In this document: piece by piece, positions 49,871 to 61,498 of the stretch | How the letters are laid out: every line of letters starts with the position of its first letter | How positions within the stretch are numbered: position 1 is the stretch's first letter | Assembly: GCA_964199315.1 (NCBI GenBank) | Contig: OZ116698.1 | Location: forward strand, 27,094,001 to 27,158,000 | Source of the DNA: Orbicella franksi | Taxonomy: Eukaryota | Length of the DNA stretch: 64,000 bases | Direction: 5' to 3' | Translations under genes and position numbers: made by a program | Notes under the pieces: model-generated | Databases searched by the model: none | Told to the model about the DNA's origin: nothing | Seen by the model: only the letters and a program-made list of their open reading frames with translations

Positions 49871-52800
49871 CCATGCCCTCAAAAGGGGAGACGCCGCAGT
49901 AACAGCTGGATTATATGTCCAATATAAAAAAAATGCGAGAACTTCTCCTTGCTTGAACGTTTATCTACAGGTTAGAGATGGAACTTCGAACTTTGCACGA
50001 ACGGTTTTTCGTGAAAGTTCCATTGATCTGATAATGTATGGCCGTTTGTTCTAATTTAGAATTGCGTGATTCAGAGTGGGTATCTAGGAATAGAAATCGA
50101 AATTGCTTGTTATCAATGGAAAACAAGCTTGCCTGTTTCTATTATTACCAGTTAATTAACAGCTGATTGTCAAGTCCTACTTTTTATGTTATCACGAAAA
50201 CAAACAAGGTTTCGTTTCCTATTGTCGTGACAAGCAATATTCCGTGATTGAAGCGCTTGTTGAAATCAAGCTTTAGGGAGTGCAGCGCTTCGCATTGAGA
50301 GTGAGTTGTTTAGCAGCATACAGAGCAAGAGCGACACATTGTGGTTTCTAATAAGCCTGCTAGGAGCAGCTGCCTTTTCACTCTTAGCCATCATAATAGT
50401 ACATTAATAATGGTATTTTACTTGAAATCCATCAAAGTTCTGTTGATTTATGCTTCAAGCAAATACTTGACAGATGTCAATCAAAGGCAGCTGTTTGTTT
50501 TTTTTTTTTGGAAAGCAAGCCGAGAATTACGTTATAGTTGACTGTTTGACTGGTTATGTAAGTCTTCTGTTATGCAAACTGATTTTGGTGGTCACTGTAG
50601 TAATTGGCTTACAAATTGTAACGGAAAATAGTAATAAATAATAATAATTATACATTTATTTAGCGCTAATACTACGAAATATTCGAAAGCGCTTCACATA
50701 AAAAGAAGCTAACAAACTAAAACAAAGATCTATAAAAAGCATAACACGTGCTAAAAATACAAAAATCTAAAACGGCTTATGTAGTTATAAGCGATTTTAA
50801 AAATATATGTTGTCAATCTTTTTCAATGGCGGACGCATTGGAAAAGTGTCGACAAATAGCAACTCGACAATTTTACAATAACGAGTTCGAGAAGACCCGT
50901 CTAAATTATTCTTCATTATTGGGGACAGTACCATAGCAACGCCATTCATGATTGCATTTCTCACATAGATCATAGTTAATAGAGGGAAATGGTTAAACAC
51001 CAAAGAAGCAAACAAACAAGCTAAGGTTATGTTGGAAGGTCCTTTGACCCTGCACATCTTTTGCGGTTTTATGCGTGGTCATAGACCATGAATGAATTAC
51101 ATAATCGCAATGCTTCTTCTGTTGATTAGTTGTCTGAGGGCACATAACCACCTTTTGTTTCTTGCCAGGTTTCGTGGAGGGTCAACCCCCAAAATAGCCA
51201 AAAATAAATAAATAAATAAAAAATAACAACAACAACATACAACAAAGAACTTTGCCAAGTTTCATAACCATTTTCCTTTATTAACTATGTGTAGATGAAC
51301 AAGTTTCCATGTTATGGAAACGAAATCGGATGAAGCGTTTAAGGAAAGGGTAAAATCGCCCACAAACAACACCAGTCCTAATAACAAAAAGCTACGAATC
51401 TAAAACTAACGTCTTTTGATTACTGCTCAACTAAAAGTTAAGATGACGCTAGCTGCTAACGGAAGGTTATGTTGTGCACTAATATCCAACCAGAACGCCT
51501 GACTAGAACGGTCCATTGTTCGTGAATGTACCTTGGACCATGTGGATGTTGTGCAGGAAAAGACGACCTTAAAGAGGCGGCTAGGTCAAGCTAATTCAGT
51601 TAAATGTTTTTTTTTTTCCTTAGTTATGGGCTCTAAACCTCAGATTAGCAGAGCAATATTCTTTCATGGGTAAAAAATCACGATCACAAAGGAAACAAGG
51701 ATGATTTTCTGAGCATAACAAATTGCACTTTCATACAACTTGACACACTTAAAAAATGTCGGCACGACGTTTTTCAAGTTTGCCCTAACCCAATCCATTT
51801 TAATCCTCTCCAAGTTTGCCTTTCTGCGTCACTTCTTGGCTTTTCTGAGTTTCTTTTAACTTTTCAACGGGTTAAACAACTATTGTGATATTTCAGATAA
51901 CTGTATGACCATTTAATCAGAACTGAAATTATGTAAAATTGCATGACCAAGCCCTCTTGGAATTAACCGCAAGCGTGTTTCAGATTTGACACTTCGCGGG
52001 GGTCTAGATTAGAATGTTTCCTAACACACGTACAGTTTTAAAAACGTGAGGTATTTTACAAGTTTTCTCAATGACATCAACATATTGTTGCAATTCCAAT
52101 AAACAGTATGGTAAAATTGTTGTAAAGAAATCAAGAGCTCTTTTTTAGACTTCCTGTATTTGATTTTATGTTCACGTTGTTTTGTGATCGCCACGTGTTT
52201 CGGAGCCACAACAGTTCCTCGATCCGTAATCCGGCGGTATGAAGCAAATGTGTCTATACCTGTACTTAATCGATCATACCAGCTATTAGTATTAAGTGAT
52301 GACCTTTAACGTGTATAATCATTTATATCGTATATTTTATTTCAGTGCTAAAAATAATATTACACAACATAACAAAATAGTTCAGAAAACTTCCGTAGTT
52401 TCCATATATCTGGTTGAAAACAGGATTTTGACGTGTTTAAATTTTACTGAGAACAAGCTGGGGAACAATATTAATTACGAAATTGGAAAATGAAAAGGAC
52501 ATCTGGTTTTGGGAAAAATGGTTAGCAAAATTTTCAAAATTCATGTTTAGTTTCCCAACTTCAACATTCACTTTTGTGTTTTTTTGAAATATTAAAGCAC
52601 TTTTTCTTCTAGAATTGACTTTGTTATGACTGTTTTCATATCATCATTTGCAGAATTATATTTTTTAAACAGATGTCGTCCAGTATAGTCTCAGGAGTGA
52701 AATATTATAATTGATTGATGACTGATTTTTACGCGATAGTAATTTAGCTCTGAAATACAACTACAGGCTTCAAGAGGTCACTGTAGTGCATTTATTTTAG

Positions 52801-53238
52801 CATTTCCATCACCAACTGTCACTTTGGACAAAGTTAAGCGCCTCTTGACGTATCGTTATGTAAATAAACAGAGTAGCTTTTTGCTTTCTCCATCACCCAG
52901 GTTACGAGCCACTGCTGCGGTTTCCCGCTCTACCAAAATCCCACTTACTTAAAAAAAAAGTAGTCCAATGGAAAATCTAGAAACGATGGACACAGCAAAG
53001 CTCGTTAATAATATGTGCGAGGTTAAATATATGAATTCAATCATACGACCCTACACGAGCGGCCGTGCGATGAAATTACTTGCTAATTAAATGTCAACCT
53101 CTGCCCGCGCGTACGCGTGCATCGAACCGTTTGGTGGATAGTGTTACAAAGAGTCGACTCTTATATAACACGTTTTTATACTACAAAACACGTTACTCCA
53201 TCGGAAATTTCATTTGCGATATCCACGGGACCCCAAGC

Positions 53239-53661
53239 ATGAAGGTCGCTGCTATCTTCGTGGCTCTGCTCTTTACAACTTGTTTTCTCTCTTCGGTTGA
53301 TTCATGGCGAAGACGACGACGTAGGCGATGTAAACGTGATTGCACGCCTGGTCCTTGGAGTAGTTGGAGCACCTGTACAAAACCATGCGACAGGGGTACG
53401 CAGTACCGCACAAGAGGGATTTCTGTACCTGCGGTCTGCGGAGGCTCTTGCAACCACCCTTTAAAAGCGACTCAACGTTGCAACGCACAATGTTGCCCTG
53501 TCAATTGCGCTTGGAGCTGGAACCCGTGGGGTCCTTGCAGTGGTTGCGGGATTTCAAACAAGACGCGTACGATAAAAATTACACGGAACCCAAGTTGTGG
53601 AGGAACGGCGTGCCCCGGTCAAACAAGCCGCGAAACCATAAGTTGTGACACTGGAGTGTGA
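53239..53661 (+). CDS. Cassette V14 (intact, 140 aa unspliced): most proximal candidate first exon (exon 53239-53657)
   Basis: First ATG at 53239. The stop is TGA inside donor GT|GTGAGT at 53658, phase-compatible with the acceptor at 57099. Confidence 0.92.
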   Translation: MKVAAIFVALLFTTCFLSSVDSWRRRRRRRCKRDCTPGPWSSWSTCTKPCDRGTQYRTRGISVPAVCGGSCNHPLKATQRCNAQCCPVNCAWSWNPWGPCSGCGISNKTRTIKITRNPSCGGTACPGQTSRETISCDTGV

Positions 53662-56600
53662 GTTAAGACGTCATGTCAATATTAATGTTCTACTAATGTC
53701 GATGCTGGCTATAAATCATTGGCTTTTAATCAACTTATACGCCAATCATAGTTACTAAAATTTTGTCAAGTCATATAACCAAAATGTTAAATGTTTCCAA
53801 ATTCACTTGTATTGTAACTCTCTCTCTCTCTCTTGAAAACTCTTTTGAACAACCTCACTCTCCCTCGACCACGCAAAAATGTGGTAACAATGATTGTTTT
53901 GAATTCAGAGTTCTTTTTTTATGGTATAATAATATTTTAATTGCAGCGTTTGTTTGTCAGGTCATTTTGTTTTTGCTCCACTTCACTTAATGATATGTAC
54001 CTCTTATTTAAAGACAATGTGTCTGTCTTAAAAGTTAATCCTGGAGAGCGTTCCGAAGTGACGTCATCAAAATGCTGTTCCTCCAGCACACAGTCTCGAC
54101 ATGTGTGTCGCCCGGGGTGTGTCGTTAATTACTGGCAGGACTTTTTTTTTTTGTTTCTGCGAAGTGCTCCGTCCGTGATAATATGTAAAATTGTCCTAGC
54201 TGAAGTAAGAGTGATGAATGGCAAATCCGAGAATTTGCGAAGCGCGCTACTAATGGCTCTTTCTGTGTGTCCGATGATTTTTTTAAGAACCATGAACTTA
54301 AGTTCTGTTCGGCGCATGTGAAGTTCGACTTTTGACCATGGCCTTAGCCTTGCAAAACAAAGAAGAGAAAGAAAAGAAAGAGAAGAAGAGAAGGTTTTGC
54401 AAATCTGATAATTACACACGGCGCGACGCATGACATTTGTCTAAAATTCTGCCACACGAGAATGTTATTGAACGACCATTCGCCGTAACATCATCTTTGT
54501 GGCGCGAACCAAAGGCCAAAGTAGACGTCTTCACGCAACATACATGACTGATATGCTACAGAACAAATACTTTTTTTAAATTTTTTTTAGAAAGAATTCC
54601 GAAGTGAAAACGCATACTACAGGCAGCTAAATCTGTTATTCTTCGTTCTTCCTTTTTTTGGCCGCCATATTGCTGTACTAACGATAGCGGACCTATACTT
54701 AATCCTTTATTTTCCGAAAATTGTCTTCCAAATAATTTAGTTGTAATGTACTCGGCAAAGTTGAAATGTGGGGAGCTTAGTTTGTTCCACCTACCCTAAA
54801 ATCACTGAGTTCGTTGTTGTTTGTAATAGACGCATAGCGATCTTGTTGTTCTAGTAAAACGATGTATTGTGTGGGAAATGTGATTGACAATTTTAATTGT
54901 ATTGAACGTGGGCGTTTCCGACCAAAAATAAAAACACATTGAGGTAAATTGATTTTGTACTTCGTGGCATCCACACAGGAAACTACGTGCGAGATCATTG
55001 TTAATGTCATTAAAATAAAACCGTAAAACGTTATCTTTTTTAACGAATCCTGATCGTCACACCACACATTTCCGATTTAGATTTCACTTAAGGACCAGGG
55101 GTCGCCCAGCTCCAGCCGCGCATTAGACATGCCTGCTCACGTTCCCCAAGCTGCAAATGATCTACAGATATCAACAGTGACCTATGGTACCTGGTACGAT
55201 CGGCAGCTCTTAGACTGAAAATGTTTCAGATGTTTTCTGCGCAACAACAAAAAACATACGACTTGGGTTATCACAAAAGACTCAGAAGTCATCACATATT
55301 GAAATCGGTCTTCATGTTTTTGATTTGCGAGATCAGTGACCATATACTTACGAGAATTAAGTCGGTCGTACGTGACATTGTTTCCACAAACAATGTGCAA
55401 AACGATTCCTCTATTTTTGTCATCTTATTTCCTGTGCATAGCTGTATCAAATTACAATTAAACTTTCAGCAAACCCAGCCACAATATAACATTTACAGAC
55501 ACATTTATTTCGTCTCATGCATTCTTGCTGCAATGCCCGCGTGGCGGTTTGTGCTTTGGTTGTCAACAACATTAAAAGGTTTCGTCATATGTCGCAGGGA
55601 AAACGGACAGAGAAATACGCACGTGTTTGCTACCGTTTGCAAGACAGTGGCCTTGTAATTGGTTTGCGCTTTTCCTCTTTCTCACCGGCACAAAAAATAA
55701 CAACTTATCATCAATGGTTAAAGCTCGCGTGTCAGATCTTGTCCACTGCCTTCTCCAAGAGAGCTTGCTTGCAATCTAGCAAAGTAGGCATTTTCACAGA
55801 CAACTGCTGAAAACCCAAGCGAGGTGTCGCGTAAAGACTCTTGGAGCAATACAACAGCTATAGTCTTTGAAAGAGAAAGTATGTATGGTAGCAGTTACAA
55901 GCTAACAAAAAAGTCAGGTTTTCATGTTCTTACCCTGGTTTCTGACCAGCTTAATTTCATTCTGTGGCGAATGAATCTGCTAGTGTTTTCACTTATGTCG
56001 AAGGCAAATGTTACAAATTCCAAGTATCGCTGGTTTTCACTGCATGAAGTTGAATTGTTTGGTTCGGACGTTTTCACCTCACGTTCGATTTCCGATATTC
56101 TCTCAAGTTCGTAACCTGCGTTATTTCCTTCCTATTTACCTTTTTTCCGCGAGAAAGGAATTACAAGACGTCCGCAGACAGGCTATCAAGTTCGGTATTT
56201 ACCTGAAAATATATTTAAAGAATCAGTCACGATATTGAGCGCACAAAACGCAGGGGCACCCAACGACCGTTTACTCTCAAACGCTTTTGAACGCTGTATT
56301 ACGGCTATCTGGAGTACTTTTAAAGCTCTGTAGGTTAATTTTAGGTTGCGCTAAAAAAAAATTATCTATTCGGTTTTTCTAGGGGAACTTGAGTATTCTT
56401 GAATTTATTAGGACTTTTTTGTCCATTTCCCGAAAACCTTAGGTCTTATCGCCTTTCCGAAAATAATAGCTGACGTTCTTTCGGTACCCAAAACGACATT
56501 TTTAACAATCCGAAAACAACAGACATTAAATTTCTCATATCACGAAAGTTCGAGGTGACAATTCTCTTAAGAAAATCAGAGGGGATTAAAGACCTTCCGA

Positions 56601-57099
56601 ACGGATAATTTACCGAAACGATCCATTGGGTGCCCCTGAAAACGATGGTTTTGCGCAAAGGTTGAAAAGATGTCCCTGTGAAACATTTTTTGTGCCCAAC
56701 GCGCCAATTAACGCTGTCCACGTTGCTAAGCAACAGACTTGCGTCATGCTGCTCGAGTGACATTGCTGACATTCCTGAGAGTGAATGAGAACGTATTGGC
56801 GATGGGGATGGCGATCTGCGAGAGTTTATGTCTTGGTTGTCTAGACCCTGATGTTTGGCATGGATACATCCTTGGTAAATTAAATTGATCAAACGCATTT
56901 CGCATCTGTGTGGATGATCGCGGTGTTCGTGATCGCCACATCGCGTGTACCGCGCGCACGCTCGCGCGCAATACGCTCGCACCCATTTTCACCCTTACCC
57001 ACTCGCGCGCACTGGTCTAAGGTACATTGCTTGCGCGTAAAAGTAGCAAAAAACAAAAAGTAAACAGGAAAGTAAACTAGAACCTTTGCTTTTATTCAG

Positions 57100-57289
57100 A
57101 TGCTGCCCAGTGAATTGTGTGGTCAGGCCCTGGTCATCTTGGGGAAGTTGTAACGCGGCATGTGAAAAAACTGGCAACCGAGCTCGCAGCCGGACAATTA
57201 CAACCCACCCCTCATGCAAAGGTACTCCGTGTCCAACACTAAAGGAAACCAAGTCATGTCAAGGACCCTGCTGTCCAAGAGACTGCCAG
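57100..57289 (+). CDS. Constant exon C1 (TSR)
   Basis: Acceptor ctttgcttttattcag|A TGC TGC CCA (phase 2): CCPVNCVVRPWSSWGSC...CCPRDCQ; donor |GTGAGT (phase 0). Confidence 0.9.
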
Positions 57290-57861
57290 GTGAGTAGAAC
57301 AATACACATATGTAGTCTACTTCTTCGCTGGTGCTCAGCGACTTGTCAGGTAAATATATTCGCCGAACTACACAAAAGAATGGAATTTGCGAGTGCCGAA
57401 CAAAATTCCTGTATATATTGTGACAGCATTGCGTAAATTTAAATTCTCTAACTCGTTTCGAAATGCCGAAGACACTACCCGTTGGCCCCTTTACGTGAAT
57501 TATCGGGCACGAGTCACATTTATCTTATCCTCTGCTTAATTAAGGAAACGATAGCGTGCTCTAAACAGTCGGAAAAAAGAGATGCTATATTTTTTACTAT
57601 TCGGGTGCAAGAACAAAATCAATGCTGTTTTTACTATGCCTCCTGCTAGCTACATATGCTTTTGGACTTGTTACAGGCCACATAATTACTCCGATCCCCA
57701 GACAGACGGAAGCCAACCACAGTAACTGTATGTGATACATGTCTGCTCTGTCGTTGTTTAAGTCTTACGACGATCCTTAAAAAGATGGTTATGTCAAAAA
57801 ACAAACAAAGAAACAAAAGCAAAGCTAACCAGATTGCCGGCTAATTTTTCCTTTGCTTTAG

Positions 57862-58035
57862 GTCTACAGTTGGTCAGCTTATGGTCCTTGTGTAGCTCCA
57901 CCTGGGAAGTGTAGTGCCAACAGTGGTATAAAGACGAGATCTCGTAAGATAAAATCTTATGCAAGCTGTGGTGGAAAGGGGTGTCCTTTATTGACCCAGA
58001 CATCTTCATGCACCCCTGTTCCCATCCCATGCAAG
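57862..58035 (+). CDS. Constant exon C2 (TSR), absent from the ORF track
   Basis: Acceptor ctttgctttag|GTC; 58 codons VYSWSAYGPCVAPPGKCSANSGIKTRSRKIKSYASCGGKGCPLLTQTSSCTPVPIPCK; donor |GTACTT. Confidence 0.88.
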
Positions 58036-58619
58036 GTACTTCTTATACTTCTGAGTATGTTTGGCTGTTCCTTATCATCGAAGGTCTCTTTCATTTAATT
58101 CCCTTAAGTCGACAGTGAGTCTTAATCACAAAACACTATTTTGGAACCAGAATAACTAATGGGACACCATCTAAGGGGGGGGGGGTACCTAAGCACTTAG
58201 GCCTGGGGGGACTCTCGTATAAAAAGGGCGGGGGTACTCGTTGAAAATTTTGAAAAGAACCCCTAAGAGGTACCAAGATCCTGTTTTGTGGGCGTGGTTG
58301 TAAATCTTTTTCTTTCCTTATAGGTGTCAATTCAAAAATAACACATTATATCCTGTCATATGTTTTTTCGGCTCAATACCCTAAACGGTACTGCAAAAGC
58401 TCCCGCTGTGGACCTTTTGGGACTGAACACCCTTAGAGGTACCAAAACCGCAATTTAAACCCCTAAAATGTACGATGAGCACCCCTGTCCTTTTTCATAT
58501 GGGAGTCCCTCCCCCCCTCCCCCCCAGGCACTTTGGTTTCATTTTCTTCACTTTCGTACCATATCGCGATTGTCATCTCAATCACTACATTGACGAAATG
58601 AATCAATCTCTTTCCTCAG

Positions 58620-58839
58620 ATGAGTTCCTGGAGTTCATGGAGCTCCTGTACACCAACCAATGGCAAGTGCGGCGCGGGCACTCAGTATCAAACACGTAAC
58701 ATTGCCACGGCACCTTACTGCAGCTCTCCGTGTCCAGCGAAGAAGCAAACTCGCTCGTGCACACACAGTTGTTGTCCTGTTGATTGCGTGACATCCTCGT
58801 GGACTGCATGGAGTGCTTGCTCCAACACCTGTGGTTCGG
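58620..58839 (+). CDS. Constant exon C3 (1.5 TSR)
   Basis: Acceptor ctctttcctcag|ATG; MSSWSSWSSC...CSNTCGS; donor G|GTAAGT (phase 1). Confidence 0.9.
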
Positions 58840-59237
58840 GTAAGTATCAGGGAACTAAACATCGATCATTCTTTAGAAGGAGAGTCGAAATCTGATCGAA
58901 CCGGAGAAAAGATCGAGACATTCCCGTCGTCGTTTGCCGTGTCACTAACGTTGTCATGCAATCCTGAATACTGTATTGTCACATCCGGCTCAAACAAACT
59001 CCACTGTATTTGAAATGTTATTGGATCGTCACGCAATAATACTCTGGAATTGTTGTCCCATTCAAACCAAGGGTGATTTTTTTTTCTCCTTTCACTATCG
59101 ATACACTGACGAGTAAACCGAATTTAAGAAATCTTTAACCACAACCGTTTTCCAATCGCACGCGAGAAACATAACTTCTTCTTATGCGATCAGGTAACCA
59201 GTCACAACACCGCGCTAATAGTGCTTGTTTTTTTTAG

Positions 59238-59515
59238 GTTCTAAGACAAGAACACGAAGCGTAGCGACCCATCCTTCTTGCAGTGGAAAATCCTGTCCAG
59301 CGCTCAAGCAAACAACGGCTTGCTCACAGTACAACAATCGTGATTGCGTCATGTCTGCTTGGACGTCCTGGTCGCTCTGTAGCAATGGCTGTGGAAAAGG
59401 ATGGTCCACTCGAACACGCAGTATTACTACGTCAGCGTTATGCAACGGGAAAGCATGCGGGACTAGGTCAGACAAGAAACAATGCACTGATTACAGAGAG
59501 AACAGGGACTGCGTG
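59238..59515 (+). CDS. Constant exon C4 (1.5 TSR)
   Basis: Acceptor tttttttag|GT (phase 1); SKTRTRSVATHPSC...RENRDCV; donor |GTAAGT. Confidence 0.9.
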
Positions 59516-59850
59516 GTAAGTTGTCAGAGATGTAGGGGACATAGATGTAATAGGGTCTTCAAGCGTCCAGAAATTTTACTAGAAGAATCAATCGATCAGA
59601 GAATTGAAAATTCCTGTATATATACTGATATATTCCAGGCCACGTTGCGGCATAGGAACTGAGAGACAGTTTCACGCAAGCGTGCGGTAGATTAGACATA
59701 AGAAACAGAGTTTAAAACGTTTTCGTTTGTGTTAAACAGGTAGAAGTAGAAATGTACTATCTTTAGTCAAACTAAATTTTAGCGGAAGAGGAGAAATTAT
59801 ATATAACGACTGAAAAGCTAAAAGTGAACTTGATCCTGTGTTTTTTAAAG

Positions 59851-59970
59851 GTAAATTCCTGGGGCTCGTGGGGAGCTTGCAATGAAAAATGTACTGTTGG
59901 ATCAAAGAAAAGAACGAGAACAGTCAAAATTTCTAAAAGGTGTCAAGGCAAAGATTGTCCAACCCTTCAG
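59851..59970 (+). CDS. Constant exon C5 (TSR), absent from the ORF track
   Basis: Acceptor ttttttaaag|GTA; VNSWGSWGACNEKCTVGSKKRTRTVKISKRCQGKDCPTLQ; donor |GTAAGC. Confidence 0.88.
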
Positions 59971-60304
59971 GTAAGCATAAATTGTTGAGACCTCGAGAGA
60001 AAAGCGCTAAAATATCGGCGTATTTCTCAAACCTTCACCAGTATGTTTTTCTCCCGCTATATGCACTTATTACGTAAATTGAAACCAAATAGAAACGTTA
60101 TTTCTCCGAGAAGCAGGGCGTAGATTGGGAAGGGGGAAGAGGTGATAAGGGGGCAGTTAGGCCTTTTGAAGGCATGGGTGAACTACACGGAGGCGCTTGG
60201 ATTCATAGCGTGTGTAGAGTGTATGAGAACCTGTCATTACGACTTTTGTCAGTATTAGCTTAGCTGCCATGAATGCTAAGTAGATTAGTGTCTTTCTTTT
60301 GAAG

Positions 60305-60458
60305 GAAACTTCTCAGTGTGGAACTCCCAACAATGGCTGTCAACACAAGTGCTCCAATGGCGTATGTTCCTGTAATGCGGGTTATAGTCTGGCTTCAGAC
60401 AAGAAGAATTGCAACGCTAAAGATTGCAAAATGCCTAAACCGACATACTGCGCACCAG
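60305..60458 (+). CDS. Constant exon C6 (TSR end, EGF-like domain, possible Sushi start); the gene probably continues
   Basis: Acceptor tctttcttttgaag|GAA; ETSQCGTPNNGCQHKCSNGVCSCNAGYSLASDKKNCNAKDCKMPKPTYCAP; donor G|GTTAGT (phase 1). Confidence 0.82.
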
Positions 60459-60927
60459 GTTAGTGTTAAAAAAACTCAAGAGCTACCACAAAACAGAAAA
60501 CGAACGAACAAAATTAGGAAACAAGGGCTACAAATTCTGGTCTATTCTTTCGCTAAAGATTATATGTTTTTTGGTCACAGCGTGTCTCTGAAAACGCCTT
60601 ACTACGTACTGAAATCAGATTTGAGCCCGCCTTAAAAACTTCCAAATGTGCAGACATTCGCGACAAAATTCATGGTCATTCATTCTTCCTCACTCTGAAG
60701 AAGTCGAGAAAATCGAGTCAGCAAAGTGATTTCTCCCAAAAACTCGTAAGAGTCGTCCAGAACTTGTTTATCTAACATTTATTAATATTAAACCTCAAGC
60801 AGGTTACTTTTTACAACGCAGGCTTCATTTTAAAGCATGATTACGGTGATATTTACAACCCCTGCGCTTTTACGGATCGGTGCTTCATCGTATATCACGT
60901 GTTTTTAAAATAATTGTCTCAAACCAA

Positions 60928-61080
60928 TAGACCGTTTTCGATACATTAACGTTCAGCTTGGCAGTGAGGCTTAGAGGACACAAACAAAGGAAATTGAATG
61001 ACCATGTTTATTCATTTCTTTTGTTTGTGTCCTCTACGCCTCACTATCAAGCTGAATTCTAACATATCGAAAGTGGCCTA
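60928..61080. mobile_element. Foldback MITE
   Basis: Imperfect ~67-bp inverted arms tagaccgttttcgatac... / ...atatcgaaagtggccta. Confidence 0.7.
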
Positions 61081-61498
61081 TTCACAATCATTTGTGGACA
61101 ATATATCAAAATCTCCCTGAAACATGGTAGCCACGGCAACAGCATGACCTGCCGAAGAACCAAATCGTGGATCCACATTTTTTCTTTCTTGAATGACGAT
61201 TTATTCAATGTTTAAAAATTTTGCACCTAGGGATCAAGATTCAAAACAGAGCCACATATCCATAGTTTTCGAAAATCTAAGGTCACAGTATGGTTTCACA
61301 TTTAAAACAGCATCAAACTGATAGATTTATTATACAATATAGTGAAACAGTTTTTATTCAAAATAGTCAGCTGACGCATAAATATTGAAGTGCGGCTCGA
61401 ATCATTTTTAAGAGTTAAGAACAAAAGGCAACCATGGTCCCTTGGGTGTTCACAAAATTTGTGAAAGTTTGTCGCCTATTCTTCGCATTGTCTTGTCG

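Noticed and set aside
14917-53238. N-terminal extensions in the ORF track (starts 14917, 18282, 32358, 39674, 41125, 53080)
   Set aside because: They begin at TTG or other non-ATG codons upstream of the ATG (or mutated ACG) that starts the signal peptide; the V12 extension spans its TATA box.
11749-53648. Recurrent antisense and off-frame ORFs overlapping the cassettes (e.g. 11749, 14895, 25544, 37475, 53193)
   Set aside because: They are shadows of the conserved GC-richer coding strand, with starts and stops that vary between paralogs.
11837-53661. The repeated array as a CRISPR array or prokaryotic system
   Set aside because: The units are kb-scale coding paralogs in spliceosomal-intron DNA, with no short repeat-spacer structure or cas genes.
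55221-56992. ORFs 55221-55658 (+) and 56446-56982 (-) as genes or as a first exon for C1
   Set aside because: They have no signal peptide/poly-Arg/TSR features or recognisable domains, and lie in repeat-like intronic DNA.
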